From: Acidobacteriaceae bacterium
GTDB lineage: Bacteria > Acidobacteriota > Terriglobia > Terriglobales > Acidobacteriaceae
Reading direction: 5' to 3'
Assembly (NCBI GenBank): GCA_049578265.1
Contig: JBAULP010000014.1
Coordinates: 6,763 to 70,762, forward strand
Length of the DNA: 64,000 nt
This document shows, piece after piece, positions 42,703 to 52,478 of this stretch. The notes beneath the pieces were generated by a model. It was not told where the DNA came from and made no database searches. It saw only the letters and a program-made list of their open reading frames with translations. The stretch's first letter is position 1. Each line of letters begins with the position of its first letter. Position numbers and translations under genes: made by a program.

Positions 42703-43689
42703 ATGCTCTCACGCGTCGCCGATTCGCTCTACTGGATGAGCCGCTACCTCGAGCGCGCCGAGCACGCCACGCGCCTGCTGGATGTAAACCTCAATCTCAT
42801 GCTCGACGAGAGCGCCACCAGCTCCGATCACCGCTGGCAGCGCATGCTCCAGGCCCTCGGCAATCCCAAGCGCCTCAAGTGGGAGGGCAATCCCTACGAG
42901 CTCGCCCGCAACCTCACCTTCGACACCTCCAACAAATCCTCCGTCGTCTCCTGCATCATCGCCGCCCGCGAAAACGCCCGCCAGGTCCGCGAGCAGATCT
43001 CCACCGAACAGTGGCAGAAGCTCAACTCCCTCTACCTCTACGTCACCAGCCCCGAAGTCAAAGGCGCCATGAAGATCGAAGCCTCCGCCGACTCCGGCGA
43101 AGGCCCCACCGCCTTCCTCCAGGAGGTCATGGAGGCCGTCCACCAGTTCCAGGGCGTCACCGACTCCACCATGTCCCACGGCGAAGGCTGGCAGTTCATC
43201 CAGGTCGGCCGCTATCTCGAACGCGCCTCCGCCACCCGTCTCCTGCTCGAGGCCTATCACGACGATGTCTGGGCCAACCCCGACCGCGTCCCCGAAGGTA
43301 ACGAGTACCTCGACTGGATGGGCCTCCTCCGCTCCGCCACAGCCTTCGAAGCCTACTGCAAGGTCTATACCGCCGACCTCACCCCTGAACGCATCCTCGA
43401 GTTCCTTCTCCTCGACGACGAGTTCCCGCACTCCCTGCGCTTCTCTATCGATAGCCTCAAGTGCGCTCTCCAGGCCATACAGGAGAAATCCGGCAAGACC
43501 CGCGCCGAAGAACTCAATCGCATCTCCGGCCGCCTCAGCGCCTCGCTCGGCTTCGCCAGCGTCGACGAGATCCTTATGGGTGACCTCGTCGCCTATCTCC
43601 ACAGCATCCAGCGCCAGTGCCAGGCCATCCACGAGACCATCTACCACCTCTACGTCGACTACCCCATCCAGGCCGCGCTCGCCGGTTAA
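42703..43689 (+). CDS. Alpha-E domain protein (DUF403)
   Basis: MLSRVADSLYWMSRYLERAE, ARENAR..REQIS.E.W, GRYLERA, FPHSLRF. Confidence 0.95.
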   Translation: MLSRVADSLYWMSRYLERAEHATRLLDVNLNLMLDESATSSDHRWQRMLQALGNPKRLKWEGNPYELARNLTFDTSNKSSVVSCIIAARENARQVREQISTEQWQKLNSLYLYVTSPEVKGAMKIEASADSGEGPTAFLQEVMEAVHQFQGVTDSTMSHGEGWQFIQVGRYLERASATRLLLEAYHDDVWANPDRVPEGNEYLDWMGLLRSATAFEAYCKVYTADLTPERILEFLLLDDEFPHSLRFSIDSLKCALQAIQEKSGKTRAEELNRISGRLSASLGFASVDEILMGDLVAYLHSIQRQCQAIHETIYHLYVDYPIQAALAG

Positions 43690-43798
43690 TCATCCACCTG
43701 CCCTCACACCACAACCTCCAATCCGCTCCCACAACGTTCACGCAATAGGAAGTGCAAGAGAAATGTTCAGCCCGATGTCGCACCTGCAGGAGGGACCG

Positions 43799-44794
43799 AT
43801 GTACTACTCGATCCGCCATCTGACCAAGTTTCTCTACAAGACCCCCGTCAGCGAGAGCATCATGGAGACGCGCATGCACCCGCGCTCCGACATCCAGCAG
43901 CGCTGTCTCACCTTCCAGCTCTCCGTCAGCCCCCGCTGCCGCGTCTTCAGCCATCGCGACCACCTCAACAACCACGTCCACCACTTCGACATCCCCGGCC
44001 AGCACGGCCAGCTCGTCATCGTCGCCGAATCCCTCGTCGAGATGGCCTCCCACGCGCCCATCCCCGACTCCCTTCCCCCCGGCTCCTGGGCCGAACTCGA
44101 TCGCCTCGTCCACGAAGGTGACTTCTGGGAGATGCTTCTCCCCAGCGAATTCGCGCGCTTCACCCCCGAGACCGAAGATCTCGCTAAACATCTCAACCTG
44201 CATCGCCAGGCAGACCCCCTCAGCGCTCTCCACAAACTCAACGCCGAGCTCTACGACTACTTCGACTACAAGCCGAAATCCACCAAGGCCGACTCGCCCA
44301 TCGAGCTAGCCCTCTCCACCAAGGCCGGTGTCTGCCAGGACTTCTCCCACATCATGCTCTCGCTCGTCCGCTCGCAGCTCCAGATTCCCTGCCGCTATGT
44401 CAGCGGCTATCTCTACCACGGCGACCACGACCGCGACCGCTCCGTAGCCTCCGCCACCCACGCCTGGGTCGAAGCCTTCCTCCCCGAGCTGGGCTGGGTC
44501 GGCTTCGATCCCACCAACAACCTCACCGCCGGCGACCGCCACATCCGCACCGCCATCGGCCGCGACTACTCCGACGTTCCTCCCACCCACGGCATCTACC
44601 GCGGCCGCACCAAGAGCGAACTCTCGGTAGCCGTCCGCGTAGAACCCAGCGAAGGCACTCCACCCCTCGACCGCGAACTCCCCGTCCCCGAAGACTGGTC
44701 GATGCTGGTAGAAAAAGCCCAGGCCTTACCCGAACAACCCCCACCCCTCTCCCGCCACGCCCAGCAAGCCCAGCAACAACAGTCCCGCAAATAA
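43799..44794 (+). CDS. Transglutaminase with bacterial N-terminal domain
   Basis: YSIRHLTKFLY, GVCQDFSH, RYVSGY, THAWVE, GFDPTN, GRDYSDV; Gln-rich C-terminus. Confidence 0.93.
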   Translation: MYYSIRHLTKFLYKTPVSESIMETRMHPRSDIQQRCLTFQLSVSPRCRVFSHRDHLNNHVHHFDIPGQHGQLVIVAESLVEMASHAPIPDSLPPGSWAELDRLVHEGDFWEMLLPSEFARFTPETEDLAKHLNLHRQADPLSALHKLNAELYDYFDYKPKSTKADSPIELALSTKAGVCQDFSHIMLSLVRSQLQIPCRYVSGYLYHGDHDRDRSVASATHAWVEAFLPELGWVGFDPTNNLTAGDRHIRTAIGRDYSDVPPTHGIYRGRTKSELSVAVRVEPSEGTPPLDRELPVPEDWSMLVEKAQALPEQPPPLSRHAQQAQQQQSRK

Positions 44795-44866
44795 CCCACC
44801 CCAGCGGAATCGAAGTTTCCCATTCGACGTCTTGCGACCAAGGCCCAAGGGATTCAATCCGATAGG

Positions 44867-44888
44867 CCGATTTGTCGCGACAAATCGG
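44867..44888. promoter_or_regulatory. Perfect 22-bp palindrome, candidate operator or hairpin
   Basis: CCGATTTGTCGCGACAAATCGG is self-complementary and lies upstream of the NHL gene pair. Confidence 0.5.
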
Positions 44889-44979
44889 TCTGATTGCGTG
44901 GCTTTTTTACTCGAAGTACAAATGTTCAAGGAGACAAAATCCGTATACTACCGCTGAAACACATTCCTCTGGAGCTGAC

Positions 44980-45948
44980 ATGTTCTGTATTAATGTGAGG
45001 CCTTTCGGTTGCAAAGCGGTCTGGTATGTTCTTGCCACGCTGACGTGCGCCATTGGCGCCGCGTCAGCCTTCGGACAGATCGCCACGTCCACGACCGTAT
45101 CGTTGGCTCCCACGCCTGTTTACATTGGGCAGACTCCGGTAGCAACCGTCACCGTGACTGCCAGTGACGGGAGCACTCCCGATGGGAGCGTTGAATGCAG
45201 CATCCAAACACGCGGTCACAACGCGGCTTACGCCATGAATCTACAGAACGGGGTCGCTTCGATACCCCTCGGATCGATCGCTGAGGATCCGGTTTACGGC
45301 AACCCTTACTACGCTCTCGCCTGTACGTATCCAGGTGATATTTCTGCAACGTATGCTGCGAGCACTGCTACCACGTTGCACTTCAATATCATCTATTTCT
45401 CGGCCTGGATCGTGAACAATAACGGCACCGTAAGCCAGCTGAACTACACGGGTAAGGTGCTCAACACGCTAGGCACTCCCGGAGCACCCGCCAGCGCCGG
45501 CGGCATCGCCATCGACGCCTCCGGCAATGCGTGGGCGGTCACCAACACGGCCAATTCCCTCGTCTTTGTCACTCCGGTCCCTAACCCGGACACGTACGAC
45601 GCTCCGGCCGCATCCACCAGCACCTTCACCGGCGGCGGATTGCTGCAGCCCAGCGCGGTCGCTATCGATGGTGCAGGCCAGGTGTGGATCGCGAACGGCG
45701 GCAACTCGGTGTCATCGTTCTCGAACACCGGCGCGGCGCAGAGTCCCGCTACCGGCTATGGCGCGACCACGGCCGCGGCCGCCACGCCCTACAACGCTCC
45801 CAGCGGCATCGCCATCGACCAGGCCGGTTCGGTCTGGATCACAAACTCCGGCGGCAACAGCGTGACACGCATCTTCGGCAGCGCCACCCCGGTCGTCGCA
45901 CCGCTCGTCACGGGCGCCACCAACAGCAGCACAGGGACCAGGCCATGA
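44980..45948 (+). CDS. Secreted Ig-like plus NHL-repeat protein
   Basis: Signal peptide; IAIDASGNAW, VAIDGAGQVWIAN, IAIDQAGSVWITN; GGAG RBS. Confidence 0.85.
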   Translation: MFCINVRPFGCKAVWYVLATLTCAIGAASAFGQIATSTTVSLAPTPVYIGQTPVATVTVTASDGSTPDGSVECSIQTRGHNAAYAMNLQNGVASIPLGSIAEDPVYGNPYYALACTYPGDISATYAASTATTLHFNIIYFSAWIVNNNGTVSQLNYTGKVLNTLGTPGAPASAGGIAIDASGNAWAVTNTANSLVFVTPVPNPDTYDAPAASTSTFTGGGLLQPSAVAIDGAGQVWIANGGNSVSSFSNTGAAQSPATGYGATTAAAATPYNAPSGIAIDQAGSVWITNSGGNSVTRIFGSATPVVAPLVTGATNSSTGTRP

Positions 45949-47360
45949 AGAACGCCACCCACTACTCTGCCGCATCGACCCTGGAGGCCTTCGTGACTCA
46001 TCCCTGTCAGCGTCTTATCCTCCTCATCGGCGTTGCCGCGCTGCTGACCGGCTGCGGCGCTGGCTGGCAATACCATGCCGGAACCAGTCCCTGGAGATCG
46101 GGCTCCGGCTCCGGCTCCGGCACTGGCATCCGGGGAACCGTCTTCGGTGGGCAACAACCACTCGTCGGCGCATCCTTGCAGCTCTATGCAGCCAACCTGT
46201 CAGGCTATGGAAACATGGCCAGCCCGCTGCTTCCCGCCGGCAGCATCCAGACCGAAGCCGATGGCGGCTTCGACATCACGGGCCAGTACACCTGCCCCGT
46301 GCCCGACGCCCCCGTCTACCTCGTCGCGACCGGCGGCAACCCCGGGCTCTCGGCCAGCAATCCCAACCTGGCCGAGATGGCCGCACTCGGCTCCTGCAGC
46401 GCCCTTCAGGCCAGCGACACGACCGTCGTGAAGATGAACGAAGTCACAACGGTCGCTGCAGCCTACGCGCTGGCGCCCTTCATGACCGGGATCGCAAGCA
46501 TGAGTACGTCGCCGAGCAACACGGCCGGGCTCAACTTCGCCTTTGCCGATGTCAACCAGCTCGTCAACAACGCGACCGGCACGAGCCCCGGCGCGGACCT
46601 TCCCCCGGGCGCAAGTTTGCCGCGCGCCCAGCTCAACGCGCTCGCCGACTCTCTTGGCGCCTGTGTCGACTCCACCGGCGGAACGGCGGGCGACACCTCG
46701 GCCTGCGGCACACTCTTTGCTGCCGCCACACCGCCCGGTGGTACAGCACCCACCGACACCGTATCCGCGGTGATCGAGATCGTGCAGCACCCAGGCCAAA
46801 ACGTCGCCGCGATTTACGCGCTGGCCGCTGCCAGCCATCCCTTCCGGCCAACGCTCACCGCCGCACCAAATGACTGGACCCTCGCCGTGACCTACACGGG
46901 TGGCGGCTTGTCCGCACCCTCCGCGGTTGCGGTGGACGCAGACGGCAATGTCTGGATCACCAATCGCGGCGCCAACACCGTCACCGAACTTGCGCCCTCC
47001 GGCGCAGTGCTCGCCACCAGTGCCGCCGCGCTGAGCGGCCCGGCAGCCGTTGCGCTCGATGCATCAGGTGACCCATGGATTGCCAACGCTACGGCAAACA
47101 CGCTCACGCATCTTTCCGACTCCGCAACCGTCACCAGCAGCGCCTCTGGCGGGCTCAGTGTGCCCGCCGGGCTAGCGATCGACCCGCAGGGTAACCTGTG
47201 GGTCTCGAACTCCGGCGCAGCCAGCGTCTCGGAGTTCACAAGCACCGGCTCGTCGCTCAGCGGCAACGGCTTCGCCGGCTCTGGCATCACCAATCCTCTT
47301 GGGATTGCCGTCAGCACGTATTGTTCGCGCTTCGCCGCCCCTTTCTGCCCGAACGACTAA
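45945..47360 (+). CDS. NHL-repeat lipoprotein
   Basis: Lipobox LLTGC, G.VFGGQQP..GA..QLYA, NHL repeats (VAVDADGNVW, LAIDPQGNLW); ATGA overlap. Confidence 0.85.
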   Translation: MKNATHYSAASTLEAFVTHPCQRLILLIGVAALLTGCGAGWQYHAGTSPWRSGSGSGSGTGIRGTVFGGQQPLVGASLQLYAANLSGYGNMASPLLPAGSIQTEADGGFDITGQYTCPVPDAPVYLVATGGNPGLSASNPNLAEMAALGSCSALQASDTTVVKMNEVTTVAAAYALAPFMTGIASMSTSPSNTAGLNFAFADVNQLVNNATGTSPGADLPPGASLPRAQLNALADSLGACVDSTGGTAGDTSACGTLFAAATPPGGTAPTDTVSAVIEIVQHPGQNVAAIYALAAASHPFRPTLTAAPNDWTLAVTYTGGGLSAPSAVAVDADGNVWITNRGANTVTELAPSGAVLATSAAALSGPAAVALDASGDPWIANATANTLTHLSDSATVTSSASGGLSVPAGLAIDPQGNLWVSNSGAASVSEFTSTGSSLSGNGFAGSGITNPLGIAVSTYCSRFAAPFCPND

Positions 47361-47538
47361 GCGATTGAGCATCGATCACCGCATGCGCGAGCACCTGTTC
47401 CTTACCCTGGGAGCGCCCTAACGTAAGTCTTGCTAAACGCCGTTCCCTTCCAATTGCCGATGACTGACGAGACGCCCACTTTCCCTCACTGAATCGAGCT
47501 CAAGGAGTGCATGCGCGAATTTTTCGCAAAATGCGTGC

Positions 47539-47576
47539 TTGACACTTCGCAAAAACCCACTACCATATGGTTGTGG
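47539..47576 (+). promoter_or_regulatory. Sigma70-type promoter with overlapping ArsR operator
   Basis: TTGACA(47539)-16-TACCAT(47561); near-palindrome CCACTACCAT/ATGGTTGTGG. Confidence 0.7.
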
Positions 47577-47920
47577 ATAAACTGGATACGACATTCGCGG
47601 CTCTGTCCGATCCGACGCGCCGGGCGATGATTGAACGGCTCTCTCACGGGCCCGCCTCTGTGCATGGACTCACGGAACCGTTTGCATTGTCGCAGCAGAT
47701 GATCTCAAAACATATTGCGTACCTGGTACGGGCCCGGATGGTAATCAAGACCAAGCGTGGACGCGAGAGTGTGTGCACGCTTCGGCCGGAAGCGATCAAG
47801 ACAGTCAGCGACTGGGCAATCAACTATCGCCGATTCTGGGAAGAGCGTTTCGACAAGCTGGACGTAGTCATAAAACAGATGAAAAAAGAGGAGATGCGAG
47901 ATGACAAACAACACGGTTAA
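47573..47920 (+). CDS. ArsR/SmtB family regulator
   Basis: FAALSDPTRRAMI, ISKHI, FWEERFDKL; GTG 47573 chosen as leaderless start (ATG 47567 is the alternative). Confidence 0.9.
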   Translation: MDKLDTTFAALSDPTRRAMIERLSHGPASVHGLTEPFALSQQMISKHIAYLVRARMVIKTKRGRESVCTLRPEAIKTVSDWAINYRRFWEERFDKLDVVIKQMKKEEMRDDKQHG

Positions 47921-48410
47921 TGAAACAGAGCGGATGGTTGTGACAAGAGTCTTCGATGCCCCACGCGAGTTGGTGTGGAAGGCCTGGACCGACCCGAAGT
48001 ATGTCATGCAGTGGTGGGGGCCCAAGGGCTTCACCTCGCCTGTCTGCAAGATGGATTTTCGCGTAGGAGGAAAATTTCTCTGCTGCATGAGAACACCAGA
48101 GGGGCAGGACTTCTGGAATGGCGGGGAATATCACGAGATCGTTCTGCACGAGAAGATCGTCTCCTCCATGTACTTTTCCGACGCGGAGGGAAATAAGGTT
48201 GAGCCCGAGCACTATGGAATCGAACATGAGGCGATCGAGGGCGCCTACGACGTGACTCTCTTTGAGGACCTTGGAAACGGCCAGACCAAACTCACGTTCA
48301 TTGGAAATGAAACCATGGAAGAAGCAACCAAGAGCGGCCAGGCCGAGGGCTGGGCTCAGATACTCGATAAATTCGATGCGGTCGTTGCCGGTCTAGTGCA
48401 GACGAAATAA
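47901..48410 (+). CDS. SRPBCC/AHSA1 domain protein
   Basis: TRVFDAPRELVWKAWTDP..WWGPKGF..DFRVGG. Confidence 0.92.
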   Translation: MTNNTVNETERMVVTRVFDAPRELVWKAWTDPKYVMQWWGPKGFTSPVCKMDFRVGGKFLCCMRTPEGQDFWNGGEYHEIVLHEKIVSSMYFSDAEGNKVEPEHYGIEHEAIEGAYDVTLFEDLGNGQTKLTFIGNETMEEATKSGQAEGWAQILDKFDAVVAGLVQTK

Positions 48411-48600
48411 GAGAGCGAACGTTTGATGATCGTCACGCGCGCATAGTAAAAACAAGCACCATCCATTTGAGCCGAGGGTCGCCTATGCGAATAGGTACCC
48501 CTTGGCTCGACTGTTTGCTTAAGCGCGCATGCACGCGGCCACAGGTTTGCAATTCAATCCATGCTCGGATCAGCCGTCGTAGACCGCTCAAAACAGCGTC

Positions 48601-49449
48601 CTACAAATTCATCTTCTTAAAAACAAACTCCGGAATCGCCCGAATCACCGCCATAATCACCAGCCAGATCCCCGGCACATACACCACATCATCCCCACGA
48701 TCGATCGCCTTCACCAGCGTCGCCGCCACCGCCTCGACGTCCGCAAACTTCCCGCTCCCCTTCATCTTCTCGGTCATCGCAGTCTTCACCGGCCCAGGCT
48801 TGATCGTCATCACCTTCACGCCCTCGCGGTCAATCCGATTCCGCAGCCCATCCACAAACTTCGTCAGCCCCGCCTTCGAGCTCCCATACACATAGTTCGA
48901 CTTCCGTCCGCGCTCGCCCGCCACCGACGACAGTACCGCCAGCGTCCCCGCCCTCCGCTGCGCCGTATAGTTCGCCAGCCACGTCAGCAAACTCACCGGA
49001 GCCACAAAGTTCGTGTGCACAATCTGCTCCGCCGCCCCAAAATTCTTCTCCGCCTCCACCTGATCCCCCAGCACCCCCAGCGCCAGGAACGCCACATCCA
49101 TCCCACCCAAAGAATTAATCGCGTGCGCCAGCACCTCCGGATGCGCCGCCGTATCATCCAAATTCGCCACCGCCGTTCCCACATGCGAAGCCCCGCGCAC
49201 CTTCGCATCCGCGGCCACCACCGCCAGCTTATCCGCATTCCGCGCGATCAAATACAGCGCATCCCCGCGCGTAGCCCACAGCCGAATACAAGCCTCCGCG
49301 ATCCCCGACGTAGCACCCAGCACCACAATCTTCCGCGGCCCGCGCACCACCTCCGCCTCCGAATCCGTCTCGCGCACATTCCGAGTCACCAGCGGCTGCT
49401 CCGCAACTTCCGGCGCATCTCCCAACGGCAGCTTCATCTCCTCGCTCAT
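48601..49449 (-). CDS. SDR oxidoreductase, DprE2-like
   Basis: VLGATSGIA, SSVAGERGRKSNYVYGSSKAG; coupled to the DprE1-like gene. Confidence 0.88.
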   Translation of the reverse strand: MSEEMKLPLGDAPEVAEQPLVTRNVRETDSEAEVVRGPRKIVVLGATSGIAEACIRLWATRGDALYLIARNADKLAVVAADAKVRGASHVGTAVANLDDTAAHPEVLAHAINSLGGMDVAFLALGVLGDQVEAEKNFGAAEQIVHTNFVAPVSLLTWLANYTAQRRAGTLAVLSSVAGERGRKSNYVYGSSKAGLTKFVDGLRNRIDREGVKVMTIKPGPVKTAMTEKMKGSGKFADVEAVAATLVKAIDRGDDVVYVPGIWLVIMAVIRAIPEFVFKKMNL

Positions 49450-50849
49450 CGTCCCGCTCCCGCAACGCCCAGTTGCCCACCCACCACGCGCTCCCAGAAG
49501 CTCGACGTCAGCGCCGGATCCTTATACCGCGCAAACTTCTGCCACTGCGGATAGAACGCCTGAAACTGTTCCGGCGTCATGCACGCATCCTTCGCCGAGT
49601 ACAGCCGCCCGCCAAACTCCTTGGTCATATCTCCCAGCCGTTGCATCAAGGGAAAGCTCACGTCCGGCTTGATTGGAAAGTCCAGCGCAAACATAAACCC
49701 ACCCAGCGGAAAGCTCATCATCCCCAGCGAAGGCACATCGCCAAACGTCTTCAACACCGCCAGAAAACTCGCCTGCCCCGACTTCGCAATCTCTTTCAAA
49801 ATCGCGATCGTGCCTTCCTTCGCATGCTCCCACGGAATCGCATACTGAAACTGCAGTAGCCCGCGCTTGCCATACATCTTGTTCCACTTCAACACCGCAT
49901 CCAGCGGATAAAAGAACGGCTCATAGTCCTGCACCGTCTTCACATGCGCCTTCATCTGCTTATGAAAAAACACCGTGTTGAACGCGCTGATCGAATACTT
50001 GTTCAGCAAAAATCCCGGAGCCTCCATCGGAAACACCAGCTTCGGTTTCGGCGATGGCTTCAGTTCTCCCGGCTCCTTCGAGTGGTCACCCAGCATAAAA
50101 ATTCCGCGCGCAAAATTCTTCCCCGTCGACACGCAATCCACCCAGCTCACCGTGTACTCCACATGCTTGTATTGGTTCTTCAAATCGATAAATTCATCGA
50201 TCCCGTGAAACTGAATCCCCTCATAATCAATCTTCCGGCTCACAATCGGTTTCAGCCTCAACTGCGCCCACGTAATCACGCCCGTCAGTCCCATCCCGCC
50301 GATAGTCGCCGCAAAATAATCCGGGTTCTCCTTCGGCGAGCACAGCATTCGCGCACCATTGCTCCGCACCAGTTCAAACTGCGGCACATGATTCCCAAAC
50401 GATCCCGCCGCCTCATGGTTCTTGCCATGGATATCATTCGCAATCGCGCCACCCAGCGTCACATACTTCGTCCCCGGCGTCACCGGCAGAAAATATCCAC
50501 GCGGCACCGCGAAGTCCAGAATCTGCGCCAGCGTGATCCCCGCCTCAGCCGTCAGCACTCCTGTAGCCGCATCAAAATCCAGAAGCCGGTTCATCGACGT
50601 CGTCTGGATCAGCGTCCCATCCTTCAGCAGACAAACATCGCCATAGCTGCGCCCCATGCCCACCGCCAGCGCGCCATGATGCACCCCATCAATCGCGCGC
50701 GGATAGTCGCCCTGCCAGTGCAGTTGCTTCACATCCGCCTGGTACTTTGGATATCGTCCCCACGATTCAAACGCCGGCGTCTCGGTTGGCTTTTCATCTT
50801 CTTCGGTAGGTTTCTGCGTATTGAAATCAAGCTCGGCGGAGGAGGGCAT
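49446..50849 (-). CDS. FAD-binding oxidoreductase, DprE1-like
   Basis: GMGRSYGD, PVTPGTKYVTLGGAIANDIHGKNH, FFYPLD, GGRLYSAKD. Confidence 0.9.
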   Translation of the reverse strand: MPSSAELDFNTQKPTEEDEKPTETPAFESWGRYPKYQADVKQLHWQGDYPRAIDGVHHGALAVGMGRSYGDVCLLKDGTLIQTTSMNRLLDFDAATGVLTAEAGITLAQILDFAVPRGYFLPVTPGTKYVTLGGAIANDIHGKNHEAAGSFGNHVPQFELVRSNGARMLCSPKENPDYFAATIGGMGLTGVITWAQLRLKPIVSRKIDYEGIQFHGIDEFIDLKNQYKHVEYTVSWVDCVSTGKNFARGIFMLGDHSKEPGELKPSPKPKLVFPMEAPGFLLNKYSISAFNTVFFHKQMKAHVKTVQDYEPFFYPLDAVLKWNKMYGKRGLLQFQYAIPWEHAKEGTIAILKEIAKSGQASFLAVLKTFGDVPSLGMMSFPLGGFMFALDFPIKPDVSFPLMQRLGDMTKEFGGRLYSAKDACMTPEQFQAFYPQWQKFARYKDPALTSSFWERVVGGQLGVAGAGR

Positions 50850-50890
50850 CCTTAAAGCATAGTCGATGCCCCCCAGCCCAGCGAAGCATC

Positions 50891-51652
50891 TTAGTGAATA
50901 CCGGCCATCGCGTCGTTCAGTCCCTTGAATACTGCGTCAAACTGCCCTTTCGACTCCGCCGTTCGCAGCCCCTGCGCATTCTGCACGCAATTCTCCTGCG
51001 GCGTCGGCTGTTGATTGAAGATCTCCATCGTCTGCACAATGTAGTCCTTCAGCGGCATCGCCCGCGGATCCTCCGCACCCCCGCCCAGCAAATCCGTCTG
51101 CACATACGGCGGAATAATCTCCACCACCTCAATCGCCGTGTCTTTAAGCTGATACCGCAGGGAGCACGAATACGAATGCATCGCGGCCTTCGTCGCGCAA
51201 TACGTAGGGGTCGAAGCCAGCGGCACAAACGCCAACCCCGACGACACATTCATCACCGTCGCCTGCGGCTGCTTACGCAGCAGCGGCAGCAGCGCAGTCG
51301 TCAACCGTATCGGCCCCAGCAGGTTCGTCACCACCATCGACTCGGCATCCGCCAAATCCGGCCTCTCCATCAAGTTCTCCACGCGCATGATGCCAGCATT
51401 GTTCACCAGCACGTTCAGCGCCGGAAACTCCTTCTCTACCTGCGCAGCAAACTCCTGGATCGCCTTCGGGTCTTCAATATTCAACGTCAAAAACTTCATA
51501 CCAGGATTCGCCGCAGCCGTCTGCTCCAGTACCTCCTTCCGCCGTCCAGCAATCACCACCTGGTTGCCCTGCTTCTGCAACGCCTCTGCCAGCCCGCGCC
51601 CAATCCCTGAACCACCACCCGTTATCAAAATCGTGTTCCTTGTAGGTTTCAT
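50891..51652 (-). CDS. SDR oxidoreductase, DltE-like
   Basis: NTILITGGGSGIG, NNAGI, SSGLAFVP, YCATKAA, EIIPPYV.T. Confidence 0.92.
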   Translation of the reverse strand: MKPTRNTILITGGGSGIGRGLAEALQKQGNQVVIAGRRKEVLEQTAAANPGMKFLTLNIEDPKAIQEFAAQVEKEFPALNVLVNNAGIMRVENLMERPDLADAESMVVTNLLGPIRLTTALLPLLRKQPQATVMNVSSGLAFVPLASTPTYCATKAAMHSYSCSLRYQLKDTAIEVVEIIPPYVQTDLLGGGAEDPRAMPLKDYIVQTMEIFNQQPTPQENCVQNAQGLRTAESKGQFDAVFKGLNDAMAGIH

Positions 51653-51946
51653 CTCTGCATCTCCTTCATGGATCTCTCTTGCTGCTGTTTGCGAAATAGG
51701 CTCCGGGTTTCGTCCAACCATTTCGCCTTTGGTGTTGCTTCTAGTTAGGCTCGGACGTCACTCATCCCATTCCATCTTTGCTGTTGCCTCTTAGATAGGT
51801 CCGGGCTTTAGCCCTTGGAATAACGTTGTCCGTGCCGGCAACAAACCCGTGCCCATCTCCCTGACCGAATGTTAAGGGTGTACCATCCATTTGGGAAGTA
51901 GGCACCTGAAAGTTCTGTACTCACCAAACGGAAACTGAGGCTGTTT

Positions 51947-52474
51947 ATGGGAAAAGACAAGAAACACAAGAAGGTCAAAAAGGGCGACCACGCTGCCATC
52001 GCCACGGAACCTGTCGCAGTTACCAAGTCAGAGCCTAAGTCCACCACAAAAACCCTGGAGAAATCCTCTGCAAAACCGCAGGAAAAACTGTCGACAAAAC
52101 CCGAGGAAAAAACGCCAAAGAAATCCCAGGAGAAAATCGACGCCCTCGTCCGCGAGATCATCGAGCGCATCGCCGACAAGTGGACCATGGTCGTCCTTGA
52201 CGTTCTCGCCGAGCACGGCACCGTTCGCTTCACCCAACTGGGCAAGCTCGCCGGCAGCGTCAGCCAGAAGATGCTCACCAAGACCGTCCGCCAGATGGAA
52301 TCGGACGGCCTCGTCAAACGCACCATCCACCCCGTGGTCCCGCCGCGCGTAGAGTACGCTCTCACCCCACTCGGCCGGACCCTCGGCGAAGCCTTCTGCG
52401 GCGTCTGGCTCTGGGCAGAGAAAAACTACGACGCCATCGAGCATTCCCGCGCCACCTTCCGCCACAAACCCTGA
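51947..52474 (+). CDS. HxlR-family winged-helix regulator with Lys-rich N-terminal extension
   Basis: IADKW, RFTQL, SQKMLTKT.R.ME.DGLV.R, PPRVEYALT; divergent from the SDR gene. Confidence 0.9.
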   Translation: MGKDKKHKKVKKGDHAAIATEPVAVTKSEPKSTTKTLEKSSAKPQEKLSTKPEEKTPKKSQEKIDALVREIIERIADKWTMVVLDVLAEHGTVRFTQLGKLAGSVSQKMLTKTVRQMESDGLVKRTIHPVVPPRVEYALTPLGRTLGEAFCGVWLWAEKNYDAIEHSRATFRHKP

Positions 52475-52478
52475 TCCA

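Noticed and set aside
47572..47580. Perfect DnaA box TGTGGATAA
   Set aside because: Single copy overlapping an ArsR start and operator, ~6 kb from the skew switch; no cluster
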